A program made the position numbers and the translations under genes. DNA of 63,925 nt, the filler included, from Aduncisulcus paluster (lineage: Eukaryota): the NCBI GenBank assembly GCA_024181965.1. It is 4 parts of 4 records of this genome, joined end to end, with 100 filler letters (N's around TTAATTAATTAA, not from the genome) between each part and the next. Parts side by side here need not be neighbours in the genome. Positions count along the whole stretch, not along the records: positions 1 to 17,131 come from BQXS01010846.1; positions 17,232 to 29,725 come from BQXS01010848.1; 2 more parts are not named here. The stretch is one strand, 5' to 3'. Within the stretch, counting starts at the first letter, position 1. Each line of letters starts with the position of its first letter. The notes below the pieces were generated by a model. That model saw only the letters and a list, made by a program, of their open reading frames with translations. It was not told the DNA's origin and made no database searches. Shown piece by piece: positions 10,272-22,473 of the stretch.

Positions 10272-10593
10272 CTAAAACTTATCCCCTCTTTCTGATTGAA
10301 TATATGTAACATGCTAACGACATGAATTCTAATTTATTTTATGAAAGAATTATTGTATTTGGTCCCTTGAAATCAATGAAATTCATCTAAAGGTAACTCA
10401 ATGTCACATGACTTAAAAAAATAATAATATAAAAAAAGAATACAATTTCTGAGAAATATCTCGCATGTACGTGAATGCTGTATCCAATAATAAAGAAAAA
10501 TAATGATAGAAAAATAGAAATTGAAAAATAATGAAATGATAATGTGAAAAATTTGGTCAGAAAAGGTGATTTTTCTTTTCGGCAGTTGATCCA

Positions 10594-13500
10594 CTAAATT
10601 GTTTGTCGATTCACAAGAACGAAAAGGGTTTGCAAAGAAGGTTCTTGAACATGAACTCCAAACATTAAATCTCTTGTAAGTTCTCGAACATAATCATACG
10701 AACCTTGAACGAGGATTTTCCACATTTTGGAGGAAATATTCTCCTCAATTGTCATTATTTTTAGAGGATGTGGTGTTGATTTCAGCTTGGAGAGAACATC
10801 TTCTTTGCCTTCGACCCCATTTCCGGACAAAATCCACGGGGCCTTATCTCGAACTTCCTTCACAGTTCCTCTCTCAACAATACTCCCATTAACAAGAACG
10901 AAAACGTGGGTGGCAAACCATTCGACTACTTCAGTGTCATGTGTGGCGATGAGACAAGCTTTTCCCTCACAACTTCCAATCAGAGCGCTGACGAGATTTT
11001 TCTTGGATATGACATCAAGACCAACTGCAACTTCATCGAAAAAGGCCACGTATCCCTGATTCACAAAGGAAAGTGACACCGATAGTCGTCGACGCATACC
11101 TCCACTGAGTGCGTGAGGATACTTTACAAGGTCAGTTGAGTCAAATCCGAGAGATGATAAAATTTGGAGAGCTTTTGTCTTTGCCTCAATCTTGGATATT
11201 TTGGTGAATAATAGAAGGTAATAAACGTGTTCAAAGACAGTCAAGTGGGAAAACAGTGAATCATCTTGCCCAACAATGGAAATGTATCGATATGATGCCT
11301 TCAAAGTGAGTGGATCATCCATTAAAGAAACTATTCCACTATCAGCAGAAGAATCTCCACACAAAATATTGATTAGGGTGGATTTTCCACCACCGCTACG
11401 AGCTAATAGTGCCCATCTTTCTCCTCTTTTCATCTCGAGGGAAACATTCTTCAAAACATGATTATTTTGAAAAGATTTTGAGATACTTGAGGCTTTCAGT
11501 AAAGAGCGATGATCGTCACATTCTGAGGCAGGCACACGACACTCATGGAGAACAGGGGATGTCATTTCATAAGAATTAGAACTGCTGGAGGAAACTCTTG
11601 ATTTTTTCGTTACGGAACTCTTTGAGGCTGTACGAACAGATTTACAATAGGAAAAGAGCAATCCTGGGAGTTTTCGCATTGCTACGATCGAAAATATAAC
11701 AATAAAGTGAATAATTGATGCTAGAAATAATTTGTTAAAAGCCAAGGCATTTTCATTTACCACTCCATCATTAATAGGTCTCAAAACATCCCAAGTTGAG
11801 AGTCGTGGAGATGGTACCAAGTACGTGGAAGCTGCATTATTGATGGTCAACCGAAGCATCATCATAAGGGGGATTGCAAGAGAAATGAATGATAACCAAG
11901 GAGTCGTAAGGAGGGAATTTCCAAATTGGGGTACAATATTCGCAATTAATATCCCTATTACAATGGAAAAAATTGTCCCAATCAAGGAAAATATCAAACT
12001 ACAATCAAACACTAAGAAAAACAAAATTGCAATACAACACAAACACAAGGAATCAGAGAAACAAACCATAATTAACGGGAGGATTCCATTGTTACGAATA
12101 GATTGTAATCCACCGAGATACAAAATCCCTATCATTAGTAATAATGAGAGGAATGTAACTCCAAAAAAGATGAGACAATCAATAATGGGTTTGAAATGAA
12201 CAGGACCACCCACTCTTTCCGTTCCAGTGCCCTCATGACTTTTTGAAAGGAAAAATACAATGAATACAGCTGGGAACCAAAGGCACACACTCCAAAATGC
12301 AGCTCCATCCGTGCATGTGGGATAAGGTGATGCATCAAACACCTTACCAACACTGGAATCACACACTATCTTGTTGTTCGATGTGTACGAAACAAGAGAA
12401 TCAAGGAGTAAACTCTGTTGGTGCATGTTATATTCCCCAATGTATGGAATAATGGAATTGAGGAGTGGAAAATTTTGAAGAAATTGAGTGAATGAAATAC
12501 TTGTTGAATTTACAATAATGGGGGAGATTTGGAGATCTTGACGGGACAAATCTCCGGGATTATTAAAATTGTCATCCAATATTCCTTGGAATATTTGAGT
12601 TTTCAATTTTGAATTGGAATTGGCATCTTGAAGGACATTTGAAATACAATTCAAACGGGCATGCTCATCAGAATCTGTTTTCAAACATAACTGAATTCCA
12701 AGCAATATCAGATTATAATCAATTAACTTGGAAATATAATCAGTATTGCTATATATTTGACCATCTTCTGTCGAGATGGAATCAAAAAATATCTTGTTTA
12801 ATCTGGACTGAAGAATAGAATTATCTTCGAGAAATTCGACTTGATGGTCGGAAATGTCTAATTCTTCTTCATCGAATTGAGTGAAATAATATGTAGTGTA
12901 TGGAAGAGTCGTCAAAATTGGCCATACAATTCGTTCTCGATCAAATACACGTTCACCTGCATTCATAAGAAAAGAAACCAGATCATCTGTAGAGTGGATT
13001 GAGTTATTCGATAATGATTGCATTCTACCACACATTGACGAACCAACTCCTTCACTTTCACATCTTCCACTTGGTATTGATACAGAATATCCAAGCTTAT
13101 CCAAAATATTTTCATTTCCTTCCTCGGCTGTGACTAAAATATACATCAATTCAGAGGCAGAACTCATCGAACTCGTCAAATCAAGAGCAGGTGCAAGCCA
13201 TGGTACAGGAGTGGCACCACTAGTTCCAGCGATAGCAAAGAACATAACAATACTAATCAAAGAGGCACCCAATAATGAAATTACAAGCATTGGTACATCT
13301 CGAATGAGTGATATAAGTCGAATATAGCAATAAACGATGGACCAATGGACAGAATCTGAGGATTTGGAAGATCGAAGTTGTTCCTCTGAGTTCATCAAGT
13401 CACAGGCCGATTTTGGTTCGTCGGAGAATTGAGATTGAGGATAGGACTCATCATCAAAGGGAAGGGGCAATTCCTTTAACTTCCTGGGTGAAAATATTTG

Positions 13501-16368
13501 ATCATCGTCCGAATATTGAAGAGAATCTGAGATATCAAAAACTTCACTCCCAGAATTAGACAGAATAGAGGATTTCATTGGAGGGGATGATCGTTCAGAA
13601 TCATAAGTGGACTCACAGCAAGAGGAAGAGTTTGAGGATGAATGTGAAATATTGGAAACAAGTTCAACAGCTTGAGAAAGATCCCATTGATTCAATGAGT
13701 GATCAATATCAACTCCTGAAGCAATCCCCCATTTTGATATTATATTCGTCACAAGTTTATACATATCACAGAGCAATGGTTGCTTCTTTCCAATTGATGT
13801 TTGATATACAAAGAATGAAATTGATCGGTCTTTCTCCTTCGATTGAGTTGAGATACAAAGACTCTCTTCAGAGGGATATTGGCGGAAGAATTGAGTAAGA
13901 TCATCAACTGTATGACTAAAATTGCTAAATTTATCCCTGGGAAATAGGTTTGAGTCAAAGAATGCTTCTGGAGGAATGGGAGAGGAAACAGAAGGAGATT
14001 CAGTTAACTTTAAAACTTGGGATGGGTGTATATCTTGAGAATTTGGTATTTTGGATGATTTTAGGACAGAAATTTGAACTCCACAATCGATCATATCCTT
14101 GACCTTTGATTCCCAAGTACACCTTCCGTTTGAAATTACGATAACATCAGAGGCCAGAGCTTCAATTTCTTCAATAATATGAGAAGAAAATACGATGTTT
14201 TTACCCTCAGTTTGTGCGATATGACGCAAAGTATCCCAGACATTACTTCTAGTCACAGGGTCAAGCCCAACTGTGGGCTCATCAAGAAGGAGGATAGACG
14301 GAGCATCGGCCATAGCCATTGCCAAGCACAATCTTCTCTTCATCCCACCACTCATTTGTCCTGGATGGAGTTTGCCATGTTCATCAAAATCAAGCTGTGC
14401 CTTTTCAATTAGTTGTCTGACTTCGATCGCATCAGGTCTGACCCATTTCCCACTTTTGAGGATAATTGCCAGTTGCACATGTTGACACACCGTCAACCAT
14501 GGGAACATCAATTCATTACTCTCTTGGGGCATGTATCCAATGCTTGGTTCTTGGGCTGGAGAGAAAGAAATCGAACCAGACGAGGGCTTTAATTCACCCA
14601 ATAAAAGAGAGAATAAAGTAGTTTTCCCTTCTCCAGATTTGCCTAATATGGCCGTTGATTGTTTTGGGCCTATGGAAAAAGATAACGATTTCAAAGAAAA
14701 TTCTTTACGATTCTTGTGATGTCGTGAAATGTGATCTTGAGTAATTTCGAAACTATCAGGATCAATTTCTTCTTTTTCTTTTCCTCCTTTGACTTTTCTC
14801 GGTCTGTCATACGAGAAATCTAACTCTTCGACGAAAACAATATGATCTTCATCATTTGTCCATGAGACAGAATCTATTTCTTCTTCTTCATTATTTGATA
14901 ACTTTTTAGCTTCAAGAAGTGGAGATTTATCCTCACATATCGAAGTTTGAACATTATTTTTATGTTTTTTCGGTGTTTTTATGTGATTTTTACGATATAA
15001 AAAAACTTCGGCAACAAGTGAAGAAATGATAAACAAAAAAAACCAAAGAAAAGAGGAATAAAGCAAACATTTTGTACATTGACTATTCACATTTTGTAAT
15101 GATACGATATCATCGGCACGATGGACGTTGGTAACTTCGTTAAAAAATACGGCTTCAGCATATGTTGGAAGAAATATTGAGATTAAAATATATTTTAAAT
15201 CAAGAGAATTGGTATCAAAATCATCATCGCCAAGTAGAATGAAATATGATTGGAAAACTGTGATTATTGAAGCAGCAACTAACAAAACAATGATAAAGAT
15301 TCCAATGATTCGTTTTTGGACAAAATGATGGAGAAAAAATGCAACAGAAACTATTTGAAGTGCGATTGAGAATGATAAAAATAAACATAATCCGAAGGTA
15401 AGATAATTACAAGGCTCGACAACAAATATAATGCTCCATAAGAATTCCATGCACATAGCAACGAAAGAAACAATGAAGCACCCAATAAACTGTGAGCACA
15501 CAAGATAAAATTTGGAGAAAACTCGATATTCTCCCAGTCTAAGAATTGCTTTTTCTTTTTTTGTGTCCCTATCATCTCCGATATCAATATATGATATCAA
15601 AACACAAAATAACACTCCCGGAAACAGTACACTGGCAAAAAAAGGGACTGGCTCTGCTACAACACTTAAATGAATAACTTGATAGCTATTAAACCATTCA
15701 ATATGCGCAGGATATAAGGAAGATGTGATGTCGAGTTCCATTTTAGTACCAGATATTTGTGCAAGAGCTTCAGAGGCATACCCAATTAGAACCTGACCAG
15801 ACAATAACCATTGGCATTCATTCATTGTTTTTCCTTCACAGCCAAATGGAATAACATCATCAGTATTGAACAATTGAGGGGAGATATGATTTGCACTGTA
15901 CATGAAGGGATGAAATCCTATATTGATTGTGTCCGAATCCTGATCTTGATATTCAGATATTGTTTGGGTGTTATCATCAATTGTAAAACCGGCTTTATAG
16001 ATTCGTTTTTTGTCGGCAAAGAAGGATTTTATGTCTTCGGCTGAAGAAAATGCTTTCACTCGAGAACTTGAAATATTTTCCTTATCGATAATATAATCTG
16101 CAATGAATGACGACAAAGGAGAAATTGGGAAATAAATAAATTCATAACATTCTTTTTCTGTTTCCAAATCACAAGAAGCCAAACTGGGCTTTGATTGAGG
16201 TTGATATGAGTTAGATTCATATCCATATGACGATGATAAACAAAGTCTAAGAATAAATATTGATATAAAAGTGAATCCAAAAGTGACTAGGAGAACATAT
16301 TGCCACTTCCACACAAATCTTCGTTGAAATTCACTTTTCAAGAACAATAAGAAGTGAAATCGACCCAT
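10594..16368 (-). CDS. Full-size ABC transporter, subfamily A
   Basis: Two TM+NBD halves with an extracellular loop after TM1. NBD1 GKSGEGKTT / MSGGMKRRL / LLLDEPTVGLDP; NBD2 ARSGGGKST / LSGGMRRRL / FFDEVAVGLD; C-terminal PSLQTLF. Confidence 0.92.
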   Translation of the reverse strand: MGRFHFLLFLKSEFQRRFVWKWQYVLLVTFGFTFISIFILRLCLSSSYGYESNSYQPQSKPSLASCDLETEKECYEFIYFPISPLSSFIADYIIDKENISSSRVKAFSSAEDIKSFFADKKRIYKAGFTIDDNTQTISEYQDQDSDTINIGFHPFMYSANHISPQLFNTDDVIPFGCEGKTMNECQWLLSGQVLIGYASEALAQISGTKMELDITSSLYPAHIEWFNSYQVIHLSVVAEPVPFFASVLFPGVLFCVLISYIDIGDDRDTKKEKAILRLGEYRVFSKFYLVCSQFIGCFIVSFVAMCMEFLWSIIFVVEPCNYLTFGLCLFLSFSIALQIVSVAFFLHHFVQKRIIGIFIIVLLVAASIITVFQSYFILLGDDDFDTNSLDLKYILISIFLPTYAEAVFFNEVTNVHRADDIVSLQNVNSQCTKCLLYSSFLWFFLFIISSLVAEVFLYRKNHIKTPKKHKNNVQTSICEDKSPLLEAKKLSNNEEEEIDSVSWTNDEDHIVFVEELDFSYDRPRKVKGGKEKEEIDPDSFEITQDHISRHHKNRKEFSLKSLSFSIGPKQSTAILGKSGEGKTTLFSLLLGELKPSSGSISFSPAQEPSIGYMPQESNELMFPWLTVCQHVQLAIILKSGKWVRPDAIEVRQLIEKAQLDFDEHGKLHPGQMSGGMKRRLCLAMAMADAPSILLLDEPTVGLDPVTRSNVWDTLRHIAQTEGKNIVFSSHIIEEIEALASDVIVISNGRCTWESKVKDMIDCGVQISVLKSSKIPNSQDIHPSQVLKLTESPSVSSPIPPEAFFDSNLFPRDKFSNFSHTVDDLTQFFRQYPSEESLCISTQSKEKDRSISFFVYQTSIGKKQPLLCDMYKLVTNIISKWGIASGVDIDHSLNQWDLSQAVELVSNISHSSSNSSSCCESTYDSERSSPPMKSSILSNSGSEVFDISDSLQYSDDDQIFSPRKLKELPLPFDDESYPQSQFSDEPKSACDLMNSEEQLRSSKSSDSVHWSIVYCYIRLISLIRDVPMLVISLLGASLISIVMFFAIAGTSGATPVPWLAPALDLTSSMSSASELMYILVTAEEGNENILDKLGYSVSIPSGRCESEGVGSSMCGRMQSLSNNSIHSTDDLVSFLMNAGERVFDRERIVWPILTTLPYTTYYFTQFDEEELDISDHQVEFLEDNSILQSRLNKIFFDSISTEDGQIYSNTDYISKLIDYNLILLGIQLCLKTDSDEHARLNCISNVLQDANSNSKLKTQIFQGILDDNFNNPGDLSRQDLQISPIIVNSTSISFTQFLQNFPLLNSIIPYIGEYNMHQQSLLLDSLVSYTSNNKIVCDSSVGKVFDASPYPTCTDGAAFWSVCLWFPAVFIVFFLSKSHEGTGTERVGGPVHFKPIIDCLIFFGVTFLSLLLMIGILYLGGLQSIRNNGILPLIMVCFSDSLCLCCIAILFFLVFDCSLIFSLIGTIFSIVIGILIANIVPQFGNSLLTTPWLSFISLAIPLMMMLRLTINNAASTYLVPSPRLSTWDVLRPINDGVVNENALAFNKLFLASIIHFIVIFSIVAMRKLPGLLFSYCKSVRTASKSSVTKKSRVSSSSSNSYEMTSPVLHECRVPASECDDHRSLLKASSISKSFQNNHVLKNVSLEMKRGERWALLARSGGGKSTLINILCGDSSADSGIVSLMDDPLTLKASYRYISIVGQDDSLFSHLTVFEHVYYLLLFTKISKIEAKTKALQILSSLGFDSTDLVKYPHALSGGMRRRLSVSLSFVNQGYVAFFDEVAVGLDVISKKNLVSALIGSCEGKACLIATHDTEVVEWFATHVFVLVNGSIVERGTVKEVRDKAPWILSGNGVEGKEDVLSKLKSTPHPLKIMTIEENISSKMWKILVQGSYDYVRELTRDLMFGVHVQEPSLQTLFVLVNRQTI

Positions 16369-16936
16369 TGATAAAGATAGTATGAATGCTATATGGCAAT
16401 TAAAGATACTAAAATCAAAATTTGAATCATATTATTGTTTTATAAAGGTTCACTAATCTCCGTGTCAAAACTCTCAGGTGACAAGAGAGACAAATTCAAA
16501 AATAATTCAAATCCTCACTTCAAGTGGATATATTTGATATATTGTGTCCAAATCATTAAATTTAATCTTGTTCGCTCAAAAAAAGGCAAAATAATTCTGA
16601 AATAAAATTAAGTTAATAACAGGGAATTCATGCCTTGTACAGAGAAAAAGAACAATAAATTGAAAAAATAAATGAGAGAAAAATAATTAAACCGAGTTTA
16701 TTAATTGAAAATAACTTCCAAACACCATCATTCAAAGACGTTGCACTTTAGAAATATAAGGTATTTATCAATTAAATTATGGACCTAAGATACACAATTA
16801 TTCAAAAATAAATGATTTTGATCAAAAAAACATGAAAATATGACCGGGTAAAAAAAAAGTGGCGAAATAAAATCAAATCTCAGAAAAGGTAACCAGACAA
16901 CGAAGTTGTGAACAATTAAAAAACCAATTTTTGGAG

Positions 16937-17131
16937 TTATTCCGTTATAAATCTTTCCAATGTTGACAAGATATCCTTTTCAACACCAATTTTATCAAGG
17001 AAAGAGTCGACACACAATCCACCCCGAACTTTCTTGTCATCACTCACCACTATAACATAGCAATCGGGCTGATCCTCACTGATTCTGTCGAGAACTTCCA
17101 TAAATTGACCTCCCTTGACATTCTTTGTGCC
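16937..17131 (-). CDS. 3' end of a gene cut by the scaffold edge (not in ORF track)
   Basis: 64 open codons from the gap, GTKNVKGGQFMEVLDRISEDQPDCYVIVVSDDKKVRGGLCVDSFLDKIGVEKDILSTLERFITE, then TAA and an AT-rich spacer. Confidence 0.6.
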   Translation of the reverse strand, partial: GTKNVKGGQFMEVLDRISEDQPDCYVIVVSDDKKVRGGLCVDSFLDKIGVEKDILSTLERFITE

Positions 17132-17231
17132 NNNNNNNNNNNNNNNNNNNNNNNNNNNNNNNNNNNNNNNNNNNNTTAATTAATTAANNNNNNNNNNNNN
17201 NNNNNNNNNNNNNNNNNNNNNNNNNNNNNNN
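17132..17231. other. Artificial scaffold linker N44-TTAATTAATTAA-N44
   Basis: Six-frame-stop 12-mer at 17176-17187 between N runs; same structure three times. Confidence 0.97.
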
Positions 17232-20200
17232 GAACACAGCGGCAGCAGCCTCTGTGGCAATCAACAAGAAGATCTCACAGAAGAGGGAGAACATGACACC
17301 GGCATCAAACATCTTGAACACACTATGAAGCTTACGCATAATGTATGGCATACCAAAGAAACTGGAGACAATGACAACAGTGGGGAAGATCATGTTGAAC
17401 ATGGTCACCATCCAGGGAGTGAAGATATCGGGCCAGATACACATGAGTCCAGTGTTGAAGAGTTTGGGGGAGAGGTCGAAGGAATCGAGCTTGAGAACAC
17501 CCCACTGAACACCCCAGGGAGCAACCACAAGCAACTGCCAGTGAGAAAGAAGCAGAGAAGTAGCAGTGGTGGCATCGATAGTGTTGTTGTATTCCTCATC
17601 CTCAGGGTCTTCCTCTTCCTCTTCAGCATCTTGAACGGACTGAACATTCGCAACGGCAGGTGAGCTGAGAGAGTCATCAGAATATTCAGAATTTGAATCA
17701 ACATCTTCAACATCAGCAACACCATGAGTAACACTTTCAGTCATTTCAATGGCACCATCAGTATTGTTGTCCTTGTTCTCTTCCGTATCCTCAAGCTGCT
17801 CTCTGGCTGTCTGGATACAACCATAGAACATGAAGATAAATTGGAAAAGAAGAATGGCACCAAAAGTATAGGCAACAGTAGACGTATCTCCACACTCACC
17901 GCAGCCATCGTTAGGTCCACCTCTGACCCATCCCTCATCGCACGTCAGACAGAGCAACTCATTGTGACCCTCAGCACAACCGACATCATAGAGTTCAGAT
18001 GTCATCTTGTAGTTGTTTGCAGTGAGGTATACGTCAGTTCCAGTACAAGTATCGTCAACGGGACACTCATGGTGGATCACAGTACCATCAGAACGGACAA
18101 CAATCGCACCTTCGTTGTCAGGGTCAACCCAAGTCCAATACCCAGGGTCACTTCCAATGGATCCACCATTGTGACAATTGGCTCCCTCGGGACACGCCTG
18201 GCAATCGGCACCGGTCTCCTTGATTCCCTTGTAGGTAGTGGGACCATTGCATGTCACACACATGCCTCGGAAGGGATTCTGGCCAGGAATGGTGTGGGCC
18301 GAGTCAATGTTACACGTGGGAAGGTATACAGACAATTTGTAGGCATTGACTTCACTCCCGAACACTTTGATGAAAGCATGACCATGGACTTCCTCTTGCA
18401 CGGCAGCAACAACAATGTTCTGGGTCTGAGTTGTAGGGGCATCGGTGAATGAAGACACAAACTTATAGAACATGGGAGAGATGGCTGCCTTGTTGTACAG
18501 ATCATCACTGGCAGCAGTGGCAATGGTCACAAAGGCTCCGTCCTCCTGGAGAGAAATGGTCGGCTCTCCAAAGTAAGAGTATAAGGACACAGACACGGCC
18601 TTCTCATACCCATCAATGGAGATACCAGAGTTACCGTCAGTCACGGTAGCACTCGTAGAATGTATGTAGGGTTTGGGAGAGGCATTAAGAAGCGCACGGC
18701 GAGCCTTACGACGAGCAAAACTGTTCTGAAGAGAGAGAGATGGGGTCTTGTCATCCTCAAGCTCAATACTGAGAAGATCAACCATATCAAATGAAGATCC
18801 AACCACAAGAGGGTATTGTGTGGAACATCTGGTAACATTGTCAGAGCTAGACCATGTCAGACAGTCAACATAGTTGTCCGGTTCATCAGTCAAAAGAGCA
18901 AGACAAGCAGCTTCAGAAAGGTTGGAATAATCAGGTTCGTAATAGCTCATGGTTAGACAAGTTAAATCAACGTCATAGATATCACATTCTCCAAAGGTAG
19001 TGGTTTCATCCAAGGCGATCCTTGCACAAATGGTAGCACTTGAAACAGTCGCAGATTCATCGAGCAATTCAAATACTGTCTCGTAAATACGATGTTTCTG
19101 GCAATCTGTACCCAACTCATAGAAAGACTTAAAAGCTGTGATCCCTGTAAAACTACAACATTCCTCGACGGTATAAGTTTCGAAACACAAGGAATTACTT
19201 GTAGCAAGAGAATTCTCACCAGAGCCAAAGTCACACATGGTCCCAGTAATATCAATAACAGGATCATCATTATCATCGGTCATAATGTGAGAACACTCAA
19301 AATCTAAAGAATATACCATCGACAGATAGTAATCAAGCTCACCAACACCGTCCGCGTCTGCAAAGTCAACAGCAAACTCCTCATTATAAAGCACCATGGC
19401 AGCGGGACAGATAGCTCTGGGATAGTACATAACCTCTGCAGTTTGTGAGACACCCAAAAGGTTAGTGAATGTGTCTTCTTGATAATCACTGGTGATGGAA
19501 CAACAATCAGACTCGCTACCGAAAGTATCCATGCAGATATCGAATATATCATAGAATGGAACTTTCGATGCAAGTAAGACCTCACAGATAGCACAGCCTT
19601 CTCCGTATTTGCCGGTAATACAGTAAGATTCAATGATAGAAGTGATGGTATAACCATCTTCATCCTGATATAGACTCCAATCCATCATAATGGCAAGAGC
19701 AACATAAGAGTTGATAGTATATGCTGATTTACATAATGAACCCACTTCGACACCCAACTTACCTTCGAGAACAGCGGCAGAATCAAAGGTGAAAATGAGA
19801 CAACAAGTAGCAAGGTCATGTCCATCATCAGAAATGGAATTGTAACACTCCTCAAAGAAGTATCCCATATCATTGTCATAATATTCATTAGTGGGATCGC
19901 CGTAGATGTCATCAGTAAAATCGTTACATGTTGCCACATCAGTAGCATCAGCATCAGGCATATATATAGCACTTGAATAACAACAGAATAGTGAATTGTC
20001 AACACCACCATAAGTATCACAACAACCATCGACATCGAAGTCTTCATTGAAACAGGTAAAAAAATCAGCATTTGAGTTATCAACTGCACAGCCATCAAGG
20101 GAAGGGTTGAGGTAACATTGACAGGCGTCAGAGGTGATGTCCTCATCACAGGGGTTTCCAGTCACCTCCTTCACAACAACTTCAAGGTCATCAAAATCGC

Positions 20201-21944
20201 TGAAGGACACACCACAGGTATCAGGATCCATGTAGGCATCAATCTGACAAATACACTCGGCAGCATGTCCAAATGGATCAGTGTAACAGTAATCGGCAGT
20301 CTCATCTTCAAAGAGGGCCTCGATGGCTGCTCCACTGTCTGAGGATTGGATGATGGCGTCAAGCCAGTTCCCACTGAAAGAATCGGCGTCATAGATGATC
20401 GGGTCAATTCCAGCGTCTTCAGCGAGCTGGTCAAGGAACGTCTGCACAGTAACAGCATAATAGTCATCACTGTCATACTCGGCAGTGCTACTGAGAGAAG
20501 CATCCCAGGCCTTTGAACTCACGGCCTCCTCGAAATCGGCATTCATACTTGGACAGAGCGTGGTAGAGTCAACAGTGTAACACACATGGACAGCGTCTGT
20601 GTTGTACTTCTCACCATACGTGGCAGAGCAATTGTCGAGGACAAAAGGAATCAGAGCCTTGTAAGTGGAAGCAAGGGCATCATCATCATCAGTGGCATTG
20701 GTCTCTAAGAAGGACTTCATTTTCTTGGAGGTGGGGAGCAACTCAAGACTGACATTCTTCTGATATCCCTCACTGGCAGCAAGCACAAAGGCTCCTCCAG
20801 ATGTGGCCGTACAATCGGAAATGATGAGAGGATAGTCAATGTATGAACCATCGGCTTGATAGTCAGCAAGGGACTTGGTGACATCGGGACGGATGGAGTC
20901 AACACCGAAGCCCTTCACAAACAGAGGGGAGCCTGTGTAGATAGCTCCTCCTCCAATGGCAGTACACGAATCAAACGTCACTTGGTCGAACATGAAAACC
21001 TGTTCAATACTGAGATTGGACTCAACTTGAAGGGCACCTCCACGGTTGGCCTTACAGTTACTGAAAGCAGCTCCCTTGAGACCAAACTGCACATTACCGT
21101 CAACATCACACGAAGAAGGGATAGACCCGGAGAATTGGACAGGAGAATTCCACCCAGATATGGTGATGTTGGTCAGATCAACACTAGTAGCAGAATAAAT
21201 GCTGCTCGGTGACATGTGACACATTCCTCCATCTACAAGAAGGAAAGGGTTGGCATTGGCATTAATAATGTTCTTGGCGACGATTCTACCGGGTTTACCC
21301 AGGCTTCCTTCTGCAGTGAACTCTATGTCGCCTTTCACAACAATGGACACGTTCTGCATACTGTCATCAGCAATGGCAGAGATATAGGTGCCAGGAAGCA
21401 TCTTCAGAGTTCCCACGACCGTGAGAGAGGTCTCTTCATAGAGGGAAACGTTGTAAGGGATCAAGGAAGGGTAGGAAACACGAACCTGTGATGATGTGAT
21501 AGAAACATCTCTAAGAACCAAAGGATCATCAGATTTGGCAATCTTAATCTTGGCGTTACTAATTGAAAGATCTTGCAAGGTGGTGGCGCCATAAAATGTA
21601 ATATCACTATTACCATCTCCAGCGAATGTGAATTTCTTGAGAGTTGCAGACTTCATAAACTCTACTTCGGATTCAAAAGAAACAATAAGGGAATATTTGG
21701 CAGAATTACAAAGCATTGAGACGGAAGTATCAAATACAATAGGATCAGTGGTGGAATTAGTGATAATTAATTCTGTCATCGATGATGAAGCGGCGGCACA
21801 AGCAGTTGCAAATTGAATCATTATATCACAAGAAGAAGAGCTACATGTCCTGTTAGTAGCATCAACTTCAAAATCTATGGAAATTACGGGGGAAAAAATA
21901 GAAAATATCAAAAAGATACAAAAAAGAACAAAAATGGACCTCAT
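17232..21944 (-). CDS. Large Cys/Asp-rich cell-surface protein with beta-helix-like GGA[LIF] repeats, Cys-rich stalk and multi-TM C-terminus; 3'-partial
   Basis: Signal peptide MRSIFVLFCIFLIFSIFSPVIS (ATG 21944; upstream in-frame ATG 22025). GGAL/GGAI/GGAF motifs; CQACPEGANC..PGYW and CAEGHNELLCLTCDEGW modules; several TM helices before the gap. Confidence 0.85.
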
Positions 21945-22172
21945 TTGGAATGGGGTAATAAATAATATTTGGTTCAAAAGATGGGTATTTATTGGGCGCA
22001 AGTATCCATGATCGGAGTTGATCATAATGATGATTCATTCAATTAACATGTGCTGTTCTGCTATATCAAACCCAGAAATAAAAAAAAATTCTTTTTAAAA
22101 ATATTTTTATAATGAGAGTGAAGCTGTAGCAACAGATGAACATTCATCAAGANNNNNNNNNNNNNNNNNNNN

Positions 22173-22473
22173 GTTAGTAGAATCAACTTCAAAATCTATG
22201 GAAATTACGGGGGAAAAAATAGAAAATATCAAAAAGATACAAAAAAGAACAAAAATGGACCTCATTTGGAATGGGGTAATAAATAATATTTGGTTCAAAA
22301 GATGGGTATTTATTGGGCGCAAGTATCCATGATCGGAGTTGATCATAATGATGATTCATTCAATTAACATGTGCTGTTCTGCTATATCAAACCCAGAAAT
22401 AAAAAAAAATTCTTTTTAAAAATATTTTTATAATGAGAGTGAAGCTGTAGCAACAGATGAACATTCATCAAGA
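22173..22473. other. Assembly overlap duplicate of 21852-22152
   Basis: Near-identical 301-nt copies either side of a 20-N gap; one visible SNP (A/S codon). Confidence 0.85.

Noticed and set aside
10373..10594. Short AT-rich ORFs here and at 22670-22855, 27969-28223, 56143-56628, 63422-63850
   Set aside because: Intergenic or off-frame composition without motifs.
17176..17187. TTAATTAATTAA palindrome repeated three times as a biological element
   Set aside because: Always centred in 44+44 Ns; a six-frame-stop concatenation linker.
22107..22346. Second copy or pseudogene of the surface-protein start
   Set aside because: Overlap duplicate across a 20-N gap.
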